A stretch of DNA of 64,000 nt from Hemiscyllium ocellatum (GCF_020745735.1 NC_083433.1:5529363-5593362); one strand, 5' to 3'; positions 1 through 23,475 are shown, numbered from the stretch's first letter. Numbers and translations are program-made. The notes: generated from the sequence alone by a model not told the origin.

Positions 1-2065
1 TAGTGTCTGCAATGGCTGATAAAGACTATCCAGCCTAATCCCATGTTCCAGCCCTTGGTCTTGTAGTCCTGTGGTTTTCCAGCACTTTGTGTTTCTTTAC
101 AAAGGGAGACAGCCCTTGAGACCATATGCAGTGGATGATATATCAGTTACAGAAGTGTTGTGGCATAGCAGGAGGCCATTTGGCCCCTCATGGCTCCACA
201 GGCTCATTAAATGAGCATCATTACCTAATGCCTGTCTCCTGCTTTCCCGCCCATATTTTTATCCCAATAACCCTCCAATGTCCATTTCAATGCCCCCTGT
301 CTCTGTCATATTTCCAGGCAGTGCATTCCATACAGAGGAGCCAAGATCGGGGTTGGAACATCTTGAGAGGATTAGAGCTGGCGAGAAATTTACTTGTCAA
401 AATGCAGTGCTCAGAGATCTACCTCATTCTCTCATCAGTATCTTGTTTAAAGGTTTTTGATTTGGAATTGCATGTAGCAATATCTAACCGATCTGACCAA
501 TAAGTGAAGACAATCCATAACTTGTGTCAGTCAAACCTCTAAAGTTCTGAAAACTGGATACATAGGCTGCATCATCATTTGGGCACTATTTATCAATGTG
601 ATACTGTTCAGGACTAATATGGAAGAGAGGAAAAGAGAAGTGGGGAGACGTTATCAAGTTGAGTACTGATTCAGTACAAAGTGGGAACTGACATTGCAGG
701 TGAACATCTCCAATCTTTTCCAAAGTAACTAGACCCATTTACTTAAAATGATACATATTTCCCATGATCTTTCCCCTACTGTGTATAATTGTGATAGATT
801 TGGAGTGGGACTGACAAGTGTATGTTGCATTCCCCATGGGGAAGTCGTCAAGGAAGCTAACTTCTCGTTTCTTTTTCCACATTGCAACCCAAACTGCAGG
901 GTTGGGCATTTTCTTGTTCAGTCCCATCCCTCAGCAGGAACTTTGAGATTTCCCTCGATCAGGGGAGCAATGAACTAATTATGATACTAACAATTCTCCA
1001 AGGCCGATTATCTATACTTACTGCAGAATAATGTTGGGTGCAGATTACTAATCTTCCTTGAAGACTGGACAATGACTGACCAGCGAATACCTCCTTTCAT
1101 TCGGCAATATTCTAGATGTTACTAGAACAGCAACTGTCTCTAGAGTTTTCAACAGTTGTTACCTGTAATTTCCCCATGGTGTGTTCTACATTTGTATTGT
1201 GTGCTGAATTCCGTGCATCTACCACGATGCAGAGAATTGTAAGCTGCTGTGCACCACTAAGAATGTCCGTGAAGGAGTGCCCTGATGTATTGGACTGTTA
1301 TTGATGAGATGGTACCAGCTAAAGGTGGGCAAGCCTATCAAATGCCAAATGAATTTTTTGCCAAAGTGATTGGTGGAGTCATTGCCCCTCAATGATATTT
1401 AGCAGTATTGAGAGGGAGTCCTGAATGTCAATATTGGGATAATGAATTGCACACTTGTAGTTTTATAACATCTGTGATACTCCAACTTTTATTGAACTGA
1501 CTATAATCTGTTATCCGCTTAATGGTGACAAGAGCGAGGGTGTTGAAGGTTTGGTGCCCTCCTATTCTTTCAGAGTGCTGTGGTACAGCCTCTTTGACTT
1601 TCGAATTACAGCAAACTTTTTATTAACCGGCTCCAATGGGGACTAGGTGTGTGCCAGTTGACCAAGTATTCCAGGAGGTACGCATAAACCCTGACCAAAC
1701 AAAACTCAGAAACATCTACACCCCTTCTAAGATCAATGTAAAAACACACAGTAACTAATAGAAATGTAATTCAGGCAGTTTATACATCTATTATGCTTTA
1801 CTTACAGTATAATATGCAGGTATTGCAGCATTGGAGGTACATATTGTGCCAGTTTATTGAGGGTGCTGGTTAAAACAAAGTTTGCTGTATTAAGTAAAGT
1901 TTAGGAAGCACCTCTACAAACTTCTACCTTGAAATTTTTAACTTGTTCTGAGCTCAGCTCAAACCTGGAAGTAAATGGGTTTGGGTTAGTTGCTAAAGAT
2001 CAAATCTCATCTAACAATGCACTTTCTACTTTCCTGGTTAATTACATGATATCAATGACATAACG

Positions 2066-2380
2066 CTGGGCTATAATCCAACAGGTTTATTTGGAAGTAC
2101 AAGCTTTTGTAATACTGCTCCTTTGGCAGGTAGCTAGTGGAGGAGGATCTTGAGACACAGAATTTATAGCAAAAATTTATACAACTGATATAATAAATTC
2201 TGTTCTACTCCATCTACTGCAGAATAGTGTTGGGTGTAGATTGCTACTCCACTTGCTATGATGAAGGAGCAGCACTCCGAAAGCTAATACTTCCAATTAA
2301 ACCTGTTGGACTATAACCTGGTGTTGTGTGATTTTTAACATTGTCCGCCCCAGTCCAACACCAGCAACTCCACATCATGA
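2066..2380. mobile_element. Penelope-type inverted-repeat element (decayed hammerheads)
   Basis: Inverted arms TATAATCCAACAGGTTTATTTGGAAG... / ...CTTCCAATTAAACCTGTTGGACTATA; same family at 36700-37000, 40545-40660 and 51510-51710. Confidence 0.65.
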
Positions 2381-3374
2381 TATGAACGATCAATGTTAAT
2401 CAATCCCAGTGATTGATTTTGATCTTTGAGTCTATAACAGAGCCAGGTATGAGGTGGGGGAGAAACTCCCAGTGAGAGGAGGCTTTAGGGAGCCACCATG
2501 CCAAACACGCCTCACTCGTCACCCTATCATGTTACGGTTCACCAATTTTATTTTTAAGAGCCAAGCATCAACTTTCACTGAGAACAATATAGTCCCTTGG
2601 CAACTTTAAAAGTTTACCTTCATTTTAAAAATCTTTTAAAATTGTTTTTAGACCTATCTTTTACTTAATTGCAGAAGTCAAAGAGCCAGTGAGCAAACAC
2701 ATCGCAAGTTTCAGTAGGTGTCAGTTGGACAGTTAACATCAATCAACCAAAGTTAAATGAACACAAAAGTTCAGATTTTAAAAGAACATTTTGATGTAAG
2801 CCCAGCACTTGCAGTCTTTGTGGACACCCAAGGATCAATACGACAACTCAATGTGAGCTTTCTCAGGGCCATTAGGGAATGGGTAACAAATGCTGGCATG
2901 AGCCAGCTATACCCATGCCCCGTGAACAAATATTTTATGGGCAATGGCTGGAGTATCCGATATTACGCACCAATTAAAAGGGTGTTCCAAATGTTGCGAT
3001 GCAGCCACATTCCTCATAACCTTTGCACTCCAATTCCTGCCAGCCATATGGATGGCCGTCAACTAGCAAGGCCCCTGCCCTGCCCTGTCTCCATAACGAA
3101 CTCCAAATTCCTGCTTTGACTACAAAGCCCACTCCCCCACTTGCCAGCCCATGGTATAGTTGCTGCTGCTTGTTGTCTTAACCATAGCGAACACCTCCAC
3201 ATCTATGATAAGTCATTAGATATTTACACTATTGGGGCGGAGTCGGGGATCACGGTTTGACTTATAAGACACTTTAAAGCAAACTGTGATCCAACCATCA
3301 TCCATCCCCATGACATGTGGAATGGTTGTGTGGAAATGGCTCTTGCCTGTTTTTTTGCTACATCCTTTGTCCAG

Positions 3375-4265
3375 GACTTGAGGGAAGTCACGACAAAAAG
3401 TCTTTTCAGAAGTACCCCTCCCAAGTGTTTTCAGAGGACCTCTAGGAACGACGTCTCCTCTTAGATTGACCTCTCTGTGGTCTGTACTGTCAACTAAAAA
3501 TGGCTTGGTGGCGATAGGAGGGGTGGTATAACTGGCGCCTCACTCTACTGAGTTGGGGAATCTGCCCTTTTTTGGTCAGTATTAAGTGCTCCCGTCACCT
3601 TTCTGCGTATGTGCCAAACATTGGACAATCAGACTAGGCAACAATGCCCGCTGCAGTTGACCAGCTTGCTGCAGTTTGCTCTTGATGTGGTATGAGTTTG
3701 GACAGGTTGGGGGGTGGGGTGCAGATAGTCTGGATCTGCTGATGGATCCATACTACAATATGAATTGGCACATGTTTTTAAAAAGGGCCTAAGAACCAGA
3801 CTCCTAAATAATTTTGACCACTACTATAAAACCTAGTGTGCAAGTTGCTCTCTCTTATAAAGCTGCCTTATTAGTAAATGCAAGTTTTAATTTGTAGAGC
3901 AGTGACTTATGCACCGGGGTATGTTCTGTATATTTGCTTTTAATGTAAACAGATTGGTATATAAGATGTTTTTGTGCATTTAATATTTGTTTTGTAAAAT
4001 GTGAAATTGTTAATGGTTTTTAAATGATTCATATTATTTGTTGAGGTCTTGGACTTTTAAGCTGTGAGGCTAGAGAGTGTTGATGACTCTCATCCTGAAC
4101 ATCCTGTGATCTGTTTTGTAGTGTTGTGAGCCAGTCTTATTCAAAATGTTTACAAGATCCAGTGGCCAAATCATCCTGCTTAATTGCACCTTCACACAGC
4201 CTCGCAATATTTGTGAATGGTGCATAACCATTAGTTCTCTAATAAAGTATTCGTCCATAACATTA
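3375..4265 (+). other. Possible terminal exon / 3' UTR of an unidentified upstream gene
   Basis: Pyrimidine tract + CCAG acceptor at 3374, a short ORF to a stop, AU-rich repeat-free sequence and AATAAA at 4241. Confidence 0.35.
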
Positions 4266-4809
4266 CTCTTTTTAACCTCTGTCAAGCATCTTGCTGACAT
4301 AGAGTCCAGCTAAAGCATGATTCAGAAGATCTCATGTTCAGTCTCCCGGGGTGTACTGGGTTAGCTGCGCCTGGGTGAGATTGTCTTGTAACACTGCAAA
4401 TAACATCTCCTCCTAGGGTTAGAGCAAGAGAGGAGGTGAAGGAGAATCTAGCTGGATTTCCTATGCCTTCATCAGAACTGGAAAGCTAAACTGATATGCT
4501 CATCAGTGAGAGGGTGTGAAGTTTCCTGTTGTTGAATGGTCAGCCAACACATGGCCATCCAAAACTAAGTAATCTATCTGTCTGAATAAGGATATCAAGG
4601 GTTTATGGATCAATTACAGAATCACAGAAACATACCTCTCAGCCCAAACTGACCAGATTTCTTGAACTGAATCAGTCCCATTTACCTGTGTTTTGCAGGT
4701 AAAAGAAATGAATTTTCAGATCAATCACAATCTCATGGAATAGTGGAAAATGCTTGAGGGGTTGATTCCTGTGCTTCTGTAGAATGATCATTTTATTTTT
4801 ATTTATTCA

Positions 4810-5123
4810 CACAAGCTGAGTCTGTCACTGGCTAGACCAGCATCTCCAATTGCCCATCGAGCAGTTAAGAGTCAATCACATCACTCTGGCTCTGGAGTCA
4901 CGTGTAGGCCAGACTGGGTAAGGTTGGCACTTTCCTTCCCTAAAGGGCATAAGGAAACCCGATCAGTTTTTTTTCCCCAACAATTGGTAACAGTTTCATT
5001 GTCACTGGACTCTTAATTCCAGATTTTTATTCAGATCACCTACATGGTCAAGTTTTGAACCTGGATCCCCAGAACATCACCTAGGTTTCTGGATTAATAG
5101 TCTAGTGACAATAAGATTAGGCC
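4810..5123 (-). mobile_element. tRNA-derived SINE, second family
   Basis: Minus-strand tRNA-like head with a GGTTCAAAAC B box; relatives at 47605-47845, 16890-17100 and 51440-51770. Confidence 0.65.
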
Positions 5124-5529
5124 ATTGATTCCTGACACTTGCAAAGGTCTATCTGCACAGACAGAAGCCAACCCCAGCATTAATCTGACTGAAATACAAA
5201 GACAATATTGACAAGGGACAGCAGAATGTCTTTGTGTAACTAGGGGGAGGTGAATTATCTGCCTGTGCTTCCTTATCACCATCCAGGAACTAATAAATGT
5301 GTTTAGAATGGTTACAACATTGAAGAAAAGCATTTGGTCAGTTTATTGATATATAAGACATGTGTAATATTTTTGCTGGGTGTGGTTTGTACGAATTCAA
5401 ATGTTTGAAGCTCAACTTTAATTTGTAAGAAATTTTTAATATCGTCTGTTTTACAAATAAATGTCTTTCAAATGAGGTGTGATAAGACTATTGCTTTTGT
5501 CTTAACCAGAATCAGACATCCATGTTATG

Positions 5530-6470
5530 TCATAAAGGTACACAGGCCCTTCGGCCCAACTCATCCATGCTGACCATGTTTCCTAAACCAAACTAGTCCC
5601 ATTTGCCTATATTTGACCTATGTCCTTTAAACCTTTCGTATTCAGGTACCTGTTTAAATATCTTAAACTGTTGTAATTGTAGCCACCTCTACCATTTCTT
5701 CTGAGAGCTTGTTCAATATACGCAACACCCTCTGTGTGAAAAAGTTCTCCTTCCAGTCTCTTTTAAATCTTTCTCCTCGCATCTTAAACCTATGCCCTTC
5801 TAGTTTTGGACTCCCTACTCTGAGGAAAATAACTTGTCTATTCACCTTATCTATGTCCTTATCTAAAGTCTTAGAGAGGTACGGCACGGAAACAGGCCCT
5901 TCTGTCCAACCCATCCATGCCGACCAGATATCCCAACCCAATCTAGTCCCACCTGCCAGCACCCGGCCCATATCCCTCCAAACCCTTCCTATTCAAATAC
6001 CCATCCAGATTCCTTTTTAAATGTTGCAATTTTACTCGCCTCCACCTCTTCCTCTGCCAGCTCATTCCATACATGTACCACCCTCTGCATGAAAAAGGTT
6101 GCCCCTTAGGTCTCTCTTATATCTTTCCCCTCTCACCCTAAACCTATGTCCTCTAGTTCTGGACTCCCACACCCAGGGAAGAGACTTTGTCTATTTATCC
6201 TATCCATGTCCCTCATAATTTTATAAACCTCTAAGTTGCTGATCTTTGAGGGGTCCTATTCTCTCCCTAGTTACTCTTTTGTCCTTAATGTATTTGTAAA
6301 AGCCCTTTGGATTCTCCTTCACTCTATTTGCCAAAGCTACCTCATGTTCCATTTTTGCCCTCCTGATTTCCTCCTTAAATGTACTCCTCCCTTATAATTC
6401 AAACCTTCCAGTCTCAGTAATATTCTTGTAAATCTATTGAGCACCCTTTCCAGTTTAATAACATTGTATA
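5530..6470 (-). mobile_element. Cluster of CR1/HER1 3' fragments
   Basis: Two tandem 3' ends (GHRFKMRGERFKRD..NFFTQRV) plus internal pieces. Confidence 0.85.
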
Positions 6471-6651
6471 ACATGTATGGTTCCAACTTTTGTCTCCCAT
6501 TACGCATTCCATTGTTGCAGCCATACGTTCAGTTGCCTGGAGCCTAAGCTCTCAAATTCCTTCACTAATTATCCTTTCTCTTGATCCTTCTTCAAGACAC
6601 TGCAAGGATTTGGTGGCCTGTCCTCATAGCTTCATCTGCTTTTTGGTTCAA

Positions 6652-6998
6652 ATAGAATCTCTACAATATGGAAGCAGGCCATTCAACCCATCGAACCCAC
6701 ACTGATCTTCTGAAGGGCATCCCACCCAGACCTAACCCGCCCCCCCCCTCCCCAATTCCCCCCAACTCTATCCCTGTAACCCTATTCTACCTAACCAGCA
6801 CATCCTTAGACACTATGGGAAACTTAGCACAGCCACTCCATCTAACCTGCACATCTTTGAACTCTGGGAGGAAACTGGAGCACCCGGAGGAAACCCTCGC
6901 TGATACAGGAAGAATGTACAAACTCCACACAGACAGTCACCCAAGGCTGAAATCGAACCCAGGTCCTTGATGCTGTGAGGTAGCAGTGCTAACCACTG
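6652..6998 (-). mobile_element. HE1/V-SINE-type tRNA-derived SINE
   Basis: A box TGGTTAGCACTGC, B box GGTTCGATT, V-domain-like GTGTGGAGTTTG..CTCCGGGTGCTCC. Confidence 0.85.
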
Positions 6999-7599
6999 TA
7001 AATTTCTAATAATGTGCTTGTGAAATTTCTTAAGTCACTTAGTTCATTTAGAATTTAGGTTAGTATTTGGCTTATTGCATATCTTAAAATCAGAGTAAGT
7101 AAATGGATCACCAAGGATATTTGCGACCAAGAACAGGCATCGAATTCTGGAGACTGATGGTTGGATGTGGAGAAGGTGAGTGATGTTTTCCTGGTTAGAT
7201 TGCTGCCTGCACCACCCTCTCTGTTTTGTAAAAGTTAGCCAGTGTTCCTGCTCATTGAAATGAAACTTCAGCGGTTAAGAAACAATGAGCTTCTATCTCC
7301 ATTTCACCTTGATCTTGACTTCAGGGCATCCTATAATGTCTTATAGCCAATAGTGTAGTTTTCAAGTGTAGCCATTTTTGTAATGTAGAAAACGTAGTTG
7401 GCACCCAGGAGAATTTCATTGTTCACTTGTTGAAAAGAGGCTGCCAAGTTACGAGCTCCAATCCATGCTGTATAGTGATTTGCCATTGATCTATGATAGT
7501 CAGGGAAGTGTTGTGCCACAGGATCAGGTTAGTAGGTACAAAAATAGAGATTTCTGGAAAAGCTCAGCGGGTCTGGCAGCATCTGTGGAGAGAAATCGG

Positions 7600-7636
7600 A
7601 GTTAACGTTTCAGATCGAGTGACCTTCCTCAGAACC
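7600..7636 (-). ncRNA. Minimal type I hammerhead ribozyme motif in a Penelope-type inverted repeat
   Basis: GGTT CTGAGGA AGGTC-ACTC-GATCT GAAA C GTT|AACT: intact core, 5-bp stem II, 4-bp stem I, palindromic AACGTT stem III. Confidence 0.7.
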
Positions 7637-9056
7637 TGTTTTATGGAAGGGTCACTCGACCTGAAATGCTAACTCTGATTTCTCTCCACAGTTGCTACCA
7701 GACCCGCTGAGCTTTTCCAGCAATCTTTATTTTTGTTTCTGATTTTAAAGTATCTACAGTTCTTTTGCATTTTATCAGGTTAGTAGATACCTTCTTGTTT
7801 TGATGTTTAGCCAAATCCTGACTTTCACACTTCCATGAATGTATGGTCAGCAGCTCAGCCTCTGAATGTGCATACCTGCAAGCATTATCTGCAGGCAATA
7901 TCTTGATGGCAGAGGTTGGGGGTAGTCTTGTTCCTGGGCTGGGGACAGTGCAGGGCAAACAGTTTCCTGATCGTGTAAAGAAGCTGCACTCTGGCTGGAA
8001 GCTTTATGGATATAGGGTGGAGGGATGACCCTTTTGAGCTGAATGGAGTTTCTGCAGTCAGAGTCGAGTGAATCCATGGAATTCATTGTCGCAGAGGGCT
8101 GTGGAGGCCAAGTCGTTGAGTGTATCTAGGGCAGAGATACATAGGTTCTTGATTACTTCGAGGATCAAGAGTTACAGAGGGAGAATGGTGTTGAGAAACC
8201 TATCAGCTATGGATGAATGGCAGAACAGATTTTGATGGGCCAAATGGTCTAATTCTGTTCATGTACCTTGTGGTCTTAAGGAGTATTTCAGCAGGGAAGA
8301 TGGAGAAGAGTATTGCTACGATTACATGGCTTTGCTTGGCCTCAGCTTGCACAAGTATTGGGTCTGCAGTACATCCATTGGTGAGGATCATAGTTTGCAT
8401 ATTTTGAAGAGGAGAGATACTGGACTTGAAATGTTAACTCTGTTTCTGCCATCCCAGACCTGCTGAGTTTTTCCAGCAGTTTCTGCTTGTTTTTGATTTC
8501 TTTTGGGTTTATATTTTCCAATCAACCTGTTCGGAGATATTATTACACATCTCTAGAGCACGTGGCACTTGAACCCAAGTTTTCTTATTCAGAGGTAGGA
8601 GCAAAAGCACTGTGCCACAAGACCCTTTATTAAAATGGATTTAGCATAGTGAGGTGGTTGTTTATTACCAACACACTCAATGGGCAGAAAGTCCTTTTTC
8701 TGTTATGTAGCCCTCAATGACTCTACGCACTCTGAAGCAGGTGGGACTTGAATCCTGGCCTCCTAGTTTAGTAATAGCACAGTGGAGAACTGTTTCTATT
8801 ATCAAATCCAATCGTTGGTGGAGCCAGCTAAAGGTGTTGAGCGACTGCCTTCGACTCCTAATTTTTATGTTCTCATTAAGTTTAAAAGTGGAGGGGGAGG
8901 GAAGAAAAAAATCAAACGTCAGATGTGTAAACGACAATGTTCACTATGTCATGGAGATGTACAACACATGAACAGACCCTTCGTTCCAACTCGTCCAAGC
9001 TGGCCCGATATCCTAACCTAATCTAGTCCTATTTGCCAGCGTGGCCCATATCCTTT

Positions 9057-9474
9057 GGTACGGAGGCTCAACAGTTAGCACTGTTGCCTCAGCACCAGGG
9101 TCCCAGGTTCAATTCCCACCTCAGATGACTGTCTGTGTGGAGTTTGCACATTCTCCCCGTCTCTGCGTGGATTTCCTCCCACAGTCCAAAGATGTGCAGG
9201 TCAGGTGAATTGGTCGTGCTAGATTAGATTACTTACAGTGTTGAAACAGGCCCTTCGGCCCAACAAGTCCACACCGACCCGCCGAAGCGCACCCATCCAG
9301 ACCCATTCCCCTACATTTACCTCTGCACCTAACACTACGGGTAATTTAGATTGCCCATAGTGTTAGGTGCATTCGGCAGATGGAAGTGGATCTGGCTGGG
9401 TTACTCTTCAGAGGGTCAGTGTGGACTGGTTGGGCCAAAGGGCCTGTTTCTACACTGTAGGGAATCTAATCTAA
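9057..9474 (+). mobile_element. HE1/V-SINE with a nested inverted partial copy (9219-9350)
   Basis: tRNA head, V domain and AATCT tail; the internal segment is the reverse complement of the SINE 3' half. Confidence 0.8.
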
Positions 9475-9659
9475 ACCCCTATTCATATACCCATCTAGAT
9501 ACCTTTTAAATGAGTAGTATGGACTAAAGGAAAGATATATATAATACATAGATGTTTACTTTTCCATGGTTGTGGGATTCAGAGCAAATCGCTCCTAGTA
9601 AACTATGCTGTATGTACTTAAACTAAGCTCCATGAGAGAGGATGCTCTAAAGGCAATGA

Positions 9660-10072
9660 CTGAGTCCACGTGCGTGCAGCTGTAACCTTCAGTAGTTCCT
9701 GATGGAAATCCTTGACCAATCGGGAGTTAGTATAGGGGCGGGCCAAGTGATGGCCCGCCTCCACGCACTGACAGGCGTGCAACGTCTCCAACTAGAGGCC
9801 GCCTTTGGCATCTTGTCCCGCCCATTGACCGCGCCGTCCAATGGAGGGGCGTAAGGGCGCGTCATCTTGACGGACGTGTAAAGAGACCAATCGACGCTTG
9901 GAACCGAGCGGCGCGGTCCTGATGGGCGGGCAGAGTAGCCAGTGGAAGGGGCAGAGGCGGGGCGTGGGGGGGTGGGGTTCAGGGCCAATGGGAGGCAGGC
10001 GGTGGGCGGGGACGAGGAGGGGCGCTCCAGGTATAAAAGCGGCGACGAACATGACGGCCCTTCTTTCACAAG

Positions 10073-10083
<11 letters not shown>
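9660..10083 (+). promoter_or_regulatory. PRMT1 CpG-island promoter
   Basis: CACGTG 9667; CCAAT at 9716, 9838, 9887 and 9985; several GGGCGG boxes; TATAAAA 10032; pyrimidine initiator TTCTTTC 10061; YY1/TISU-like CAAGATGGC over the ATG. Confidence 0.85.
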
Positions 10084-20270
<10,187 letters not shown>

Positions 20271-23200
20271 GATCAGCTTTCACCCCCTCCTCCCACTGTG
20301 CGCACCGTCCTCACCCCTCCATTCAGTCACCAGCGTGACCTCTGTAGTGTGCTATATATAGTTAACTTTGTTTTCAGAATTTAAAAAAAGTTCATTGGTT
20401 GTGCGACTGACTGCTCCTCTCCTTGATCAGTTGAAGTCCATTAGCATGGCATATGAGCTGGGAGGAGGGAGGAAGGCATCTAGAATAATTCTACTTATAA
20501 CAGTTGCCACATGTGCTATTATGGAACCATTCTTAAGCTGCTGTATTGATTTGTTTTGTTCGGACAAAAGCAGAGATATTCTAATGTAAATCCCTGTTTA
20601 TCTATATCTATCTTGGCAGGGAAGATTTAAGATCTGAGCAAATTTGTTTTGTGTATTTTTTTTAAAGAATGGTACTTTACATTTATGCTCGTTCCCTAAT
20701 TTGGCAGATCATCCTACAGTCAGCAATGTAATTCTCACCTGACTTTAAGTGCATCTTCTGCGTTTTTAAATTTTTTTTGGGGACCTTGTTCTTGACTGGA
20801 GAATTCTTTTGTTGTAAGTGGGATGCATTTCTGTGGTGAAGATACTTAAAACCTGCTGTTACAGTATAACCCTTCAGGAAAAAAACGGGTTCAAGAGTAA
20901 GCATATAGATTGCAGACTGTACACCAAATGAATACGTTTGGGTTGATGGACTGGAGATTATTTTTAAATCTTGTTCATGATGTGGGAAGTTCAAGGTGAA
21001 GTGACCATCTGTCTTGTTCCCATTTTATAACTTGTCCAAAACCTATGGCTACAGGTTTCTTGATCCCATTGACAAATCCCAGCACCAAGAGTGTGTCTCT
21101 GTCATGCTTCCTTGTTCAGGATGAAACCCCACCTGGTGGTGGTCAGTCTGCTGGACACAGATGGTCTGGGTTACTGAATTGGGACTCCAGTTAAACATTT
21201 TTGGGTTTTTTTTTCTTTTTGGTAAACATTGAACGCCCTGAAAAGAGGGTCACTCTTTGGGATTATCGTGTCTGACGTTTGAACCTGGATGCTCACTGCT
21301 GAGTCCTTAATCTCAGCATGATCGATTTTCTGTGTCCTGCTGTTTATCTTTTTTGTCCTAAAAGTTAAATCATTTTTCTACTGTGATTTATATATCCATC
21401 CATTAAATTGACACGGTTTTGGAGTTTCAGTCCTTCCCACCTTGAGTTGCAAACAACTCTACTATGTTAATTTTTGTTCCTTCAGCAGTTGCCATAGCTT
21501 TAGTGGGAAGTACTCAGTGGCTTGAGTTTGCTGCTTCATCTCTATGTAACTGCTGCTCATTTATCCTCTGCACGAGGCTCTATGTAAATGCTTCCATTGT
21601 GCATGTAGAGTCTTCAGGTCTGAACACCTGTGTCAAAGGTTTGTGACGGCCTGGTTGTCTTGCACACTGCAAGAATCCATGTTACTGTGAAACTTGGCAG
21701 AGCCAAGTCCTTAAGTTCTGTAACCTTGCCGATCCTGTTGAACAACTACCTTGCTCAAGACACTCTGTAATTGTGAATGTGCTGTGCGGTAAGAAATTTG
21801 AGGAGGTTGTTCTGAAACTTGTGGAATTTTGCTCTGAGAGGCTGCATGTAAACATCACTGACTAGTGATACCCATTGTGCCTGGTTTGCCATTGCCACTA
21901 TCTGAATTTGTTTCTTTAAAACTTAAGCAGAAGTGTTTGTGTTCTCCTGACTGAAGAAGAAAAGTAGCTGAGGGTGGTAACCTTCTCTCACTTTCTCCCC
22001 CAGCCAATCTCAACAGCACCTTCTGTTTGGCAGGTAATGGTTTTGCACCAGATGGGAATTTGAATAGACATTAGCACGGCTGCAGGCTGGTGTGATGAGA
22101 ATCATTGCTTCAAAAACACTATCTTAAACGGTTGTTGTTTGAGCAAACTCTGACCTTTTCAGTGGGGCAACATTCAGGTTCAAAAAGGAGTACTAATTTG
22201 TACGTCTTTTACTGCATGTGACCATCTTATGGCTGAAAACACTAATCTTTTTATTTCAGTCCTTTGATCGGCTTGCGCTGTTGTGATGCTAGATTATCCA
22301 TTGCCTGTCCATGCACCTAAAGCGCACACCCAGACATATGTTACCTTCCTCAGGGTGTAGGGAGTGTTTGACAGGGTAACAAACATTGCTGATGCCCAAT
22401 TTGTTTTGCTGTCCAGTCTTTCTCTCTCTGTGTACCCCCATCTAACCTCAGCAAGTTGTGTAGCTAATTGACATGGAAGCTCCTCATTGAGTTCCACACC
22501 AATGTTGCTCAGTGTTCAGTCAGTTGGTGCTTAGAACAAGTACCCACTGAAAGACTGCCAATTACAAAATGCCACCTAATATGTTGGGGATAGATATTGG
22601 TGGCAGCATGGTGTATATCTGCATTGTGAAAGTGTTCATGAAGTTGTGTACAGCTGTGGGAGGGATAGTAGTTATTTGGACCTGACCGGCTACATTCTTC
22701 ATTGTCTGTCCAGCCTGTTTGGTTAGAGTTGCTTATCAAGTCAAAAAACTAAAGACAAGACTCTCCTTGGAATCTGAGTGCTGCCTTGCCATACCAGCTT
22801 TTTTTGACATGTGGAGATGGTGTTTCAGTTGAGAACAATAGAATATTCAAGGGCTGTGGCTAAGCTTTGATTTGACTGAACAGCATTTCTGCTCTGACAG
22901 AATTGTTTTAACTTTTCTTGTGCGTGTGCTTTTTCCTCGAGTTTTAACATGTCCACATCTCACCCTAACTGAATCCTGAATCGGGGATGTGTTGGCCTGC
23001 AGCTGCTGACATTTGCTGACTGGCATTTTTTCTCTTACTGAGCCAAGACCGAGGCCTGGTTGGTTGCTGTAATCGCTGTCCCACCTGCAGTTCCTTCTGA
23101 GATGAGGATCATCCCCTCTCCTGAATGCTGTTCAGCAGCAGAGCCATTGCACCAGTGATGTCCATGAGCATGTTGTTCACAGACTGCATGTGCAATGTTT

Positions 23201-23475
23201 TGCTGATGTGCTTTAGAGGAGAAAGCTTGATTTTTTTTTGTGCCCCCTTATTTTTAAAGGGACAGTTATATTTCAGAAGCTTTGTTACAGCCCTGACTTA
23301 TACCTAAAATTGATCTTTTTAAGAAGAGTATTAGTGTACATTGAAACTGCCATGTTGGTCTTCTAAACCCCTAGTACTGACTGGCGAACATTTGTGACTG
23401 TGTAGTAAATTATGCTTTGTTTTTTTATATATGGTGACATTCATTGAGAATAAAAGTTTGTCTTTATGTTGTTGT
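20271..23475 (+). other. Putative long PRMT1 3' UTR
   Basis: U/GU-rich and free of recognisable transposons; AATAAA at 23449-23454 followed by a GT-rich element; possible proximal ATTAAA at 21402. Confidence 0.55.
23449..23454 (+). terminator. Polyadenylation signal (PRMT1, distal)
   Basis: AATAAA followed by TTTATGTTGTTGTGTG. Confidence 0.6.

Noticed and set aside
7093-7176. Upstream alternative PRMT first exon (strong AAG|GTGAGT donor)
   Set aside because: The ATG frame ends in phase 1, which is incompatible with exon 2. There are no promoter features and no MG myristoylation start.
22089-22155. C/D box snoRNA (GTGATGA...CTGA)
   Set aside because: Only a 2-bp terminal stem, no clear C'/D' boxes or rRNA guide, and it lies in the putative UTR. 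Similar hits at 14674 and 16578 are too short or lack a D box.
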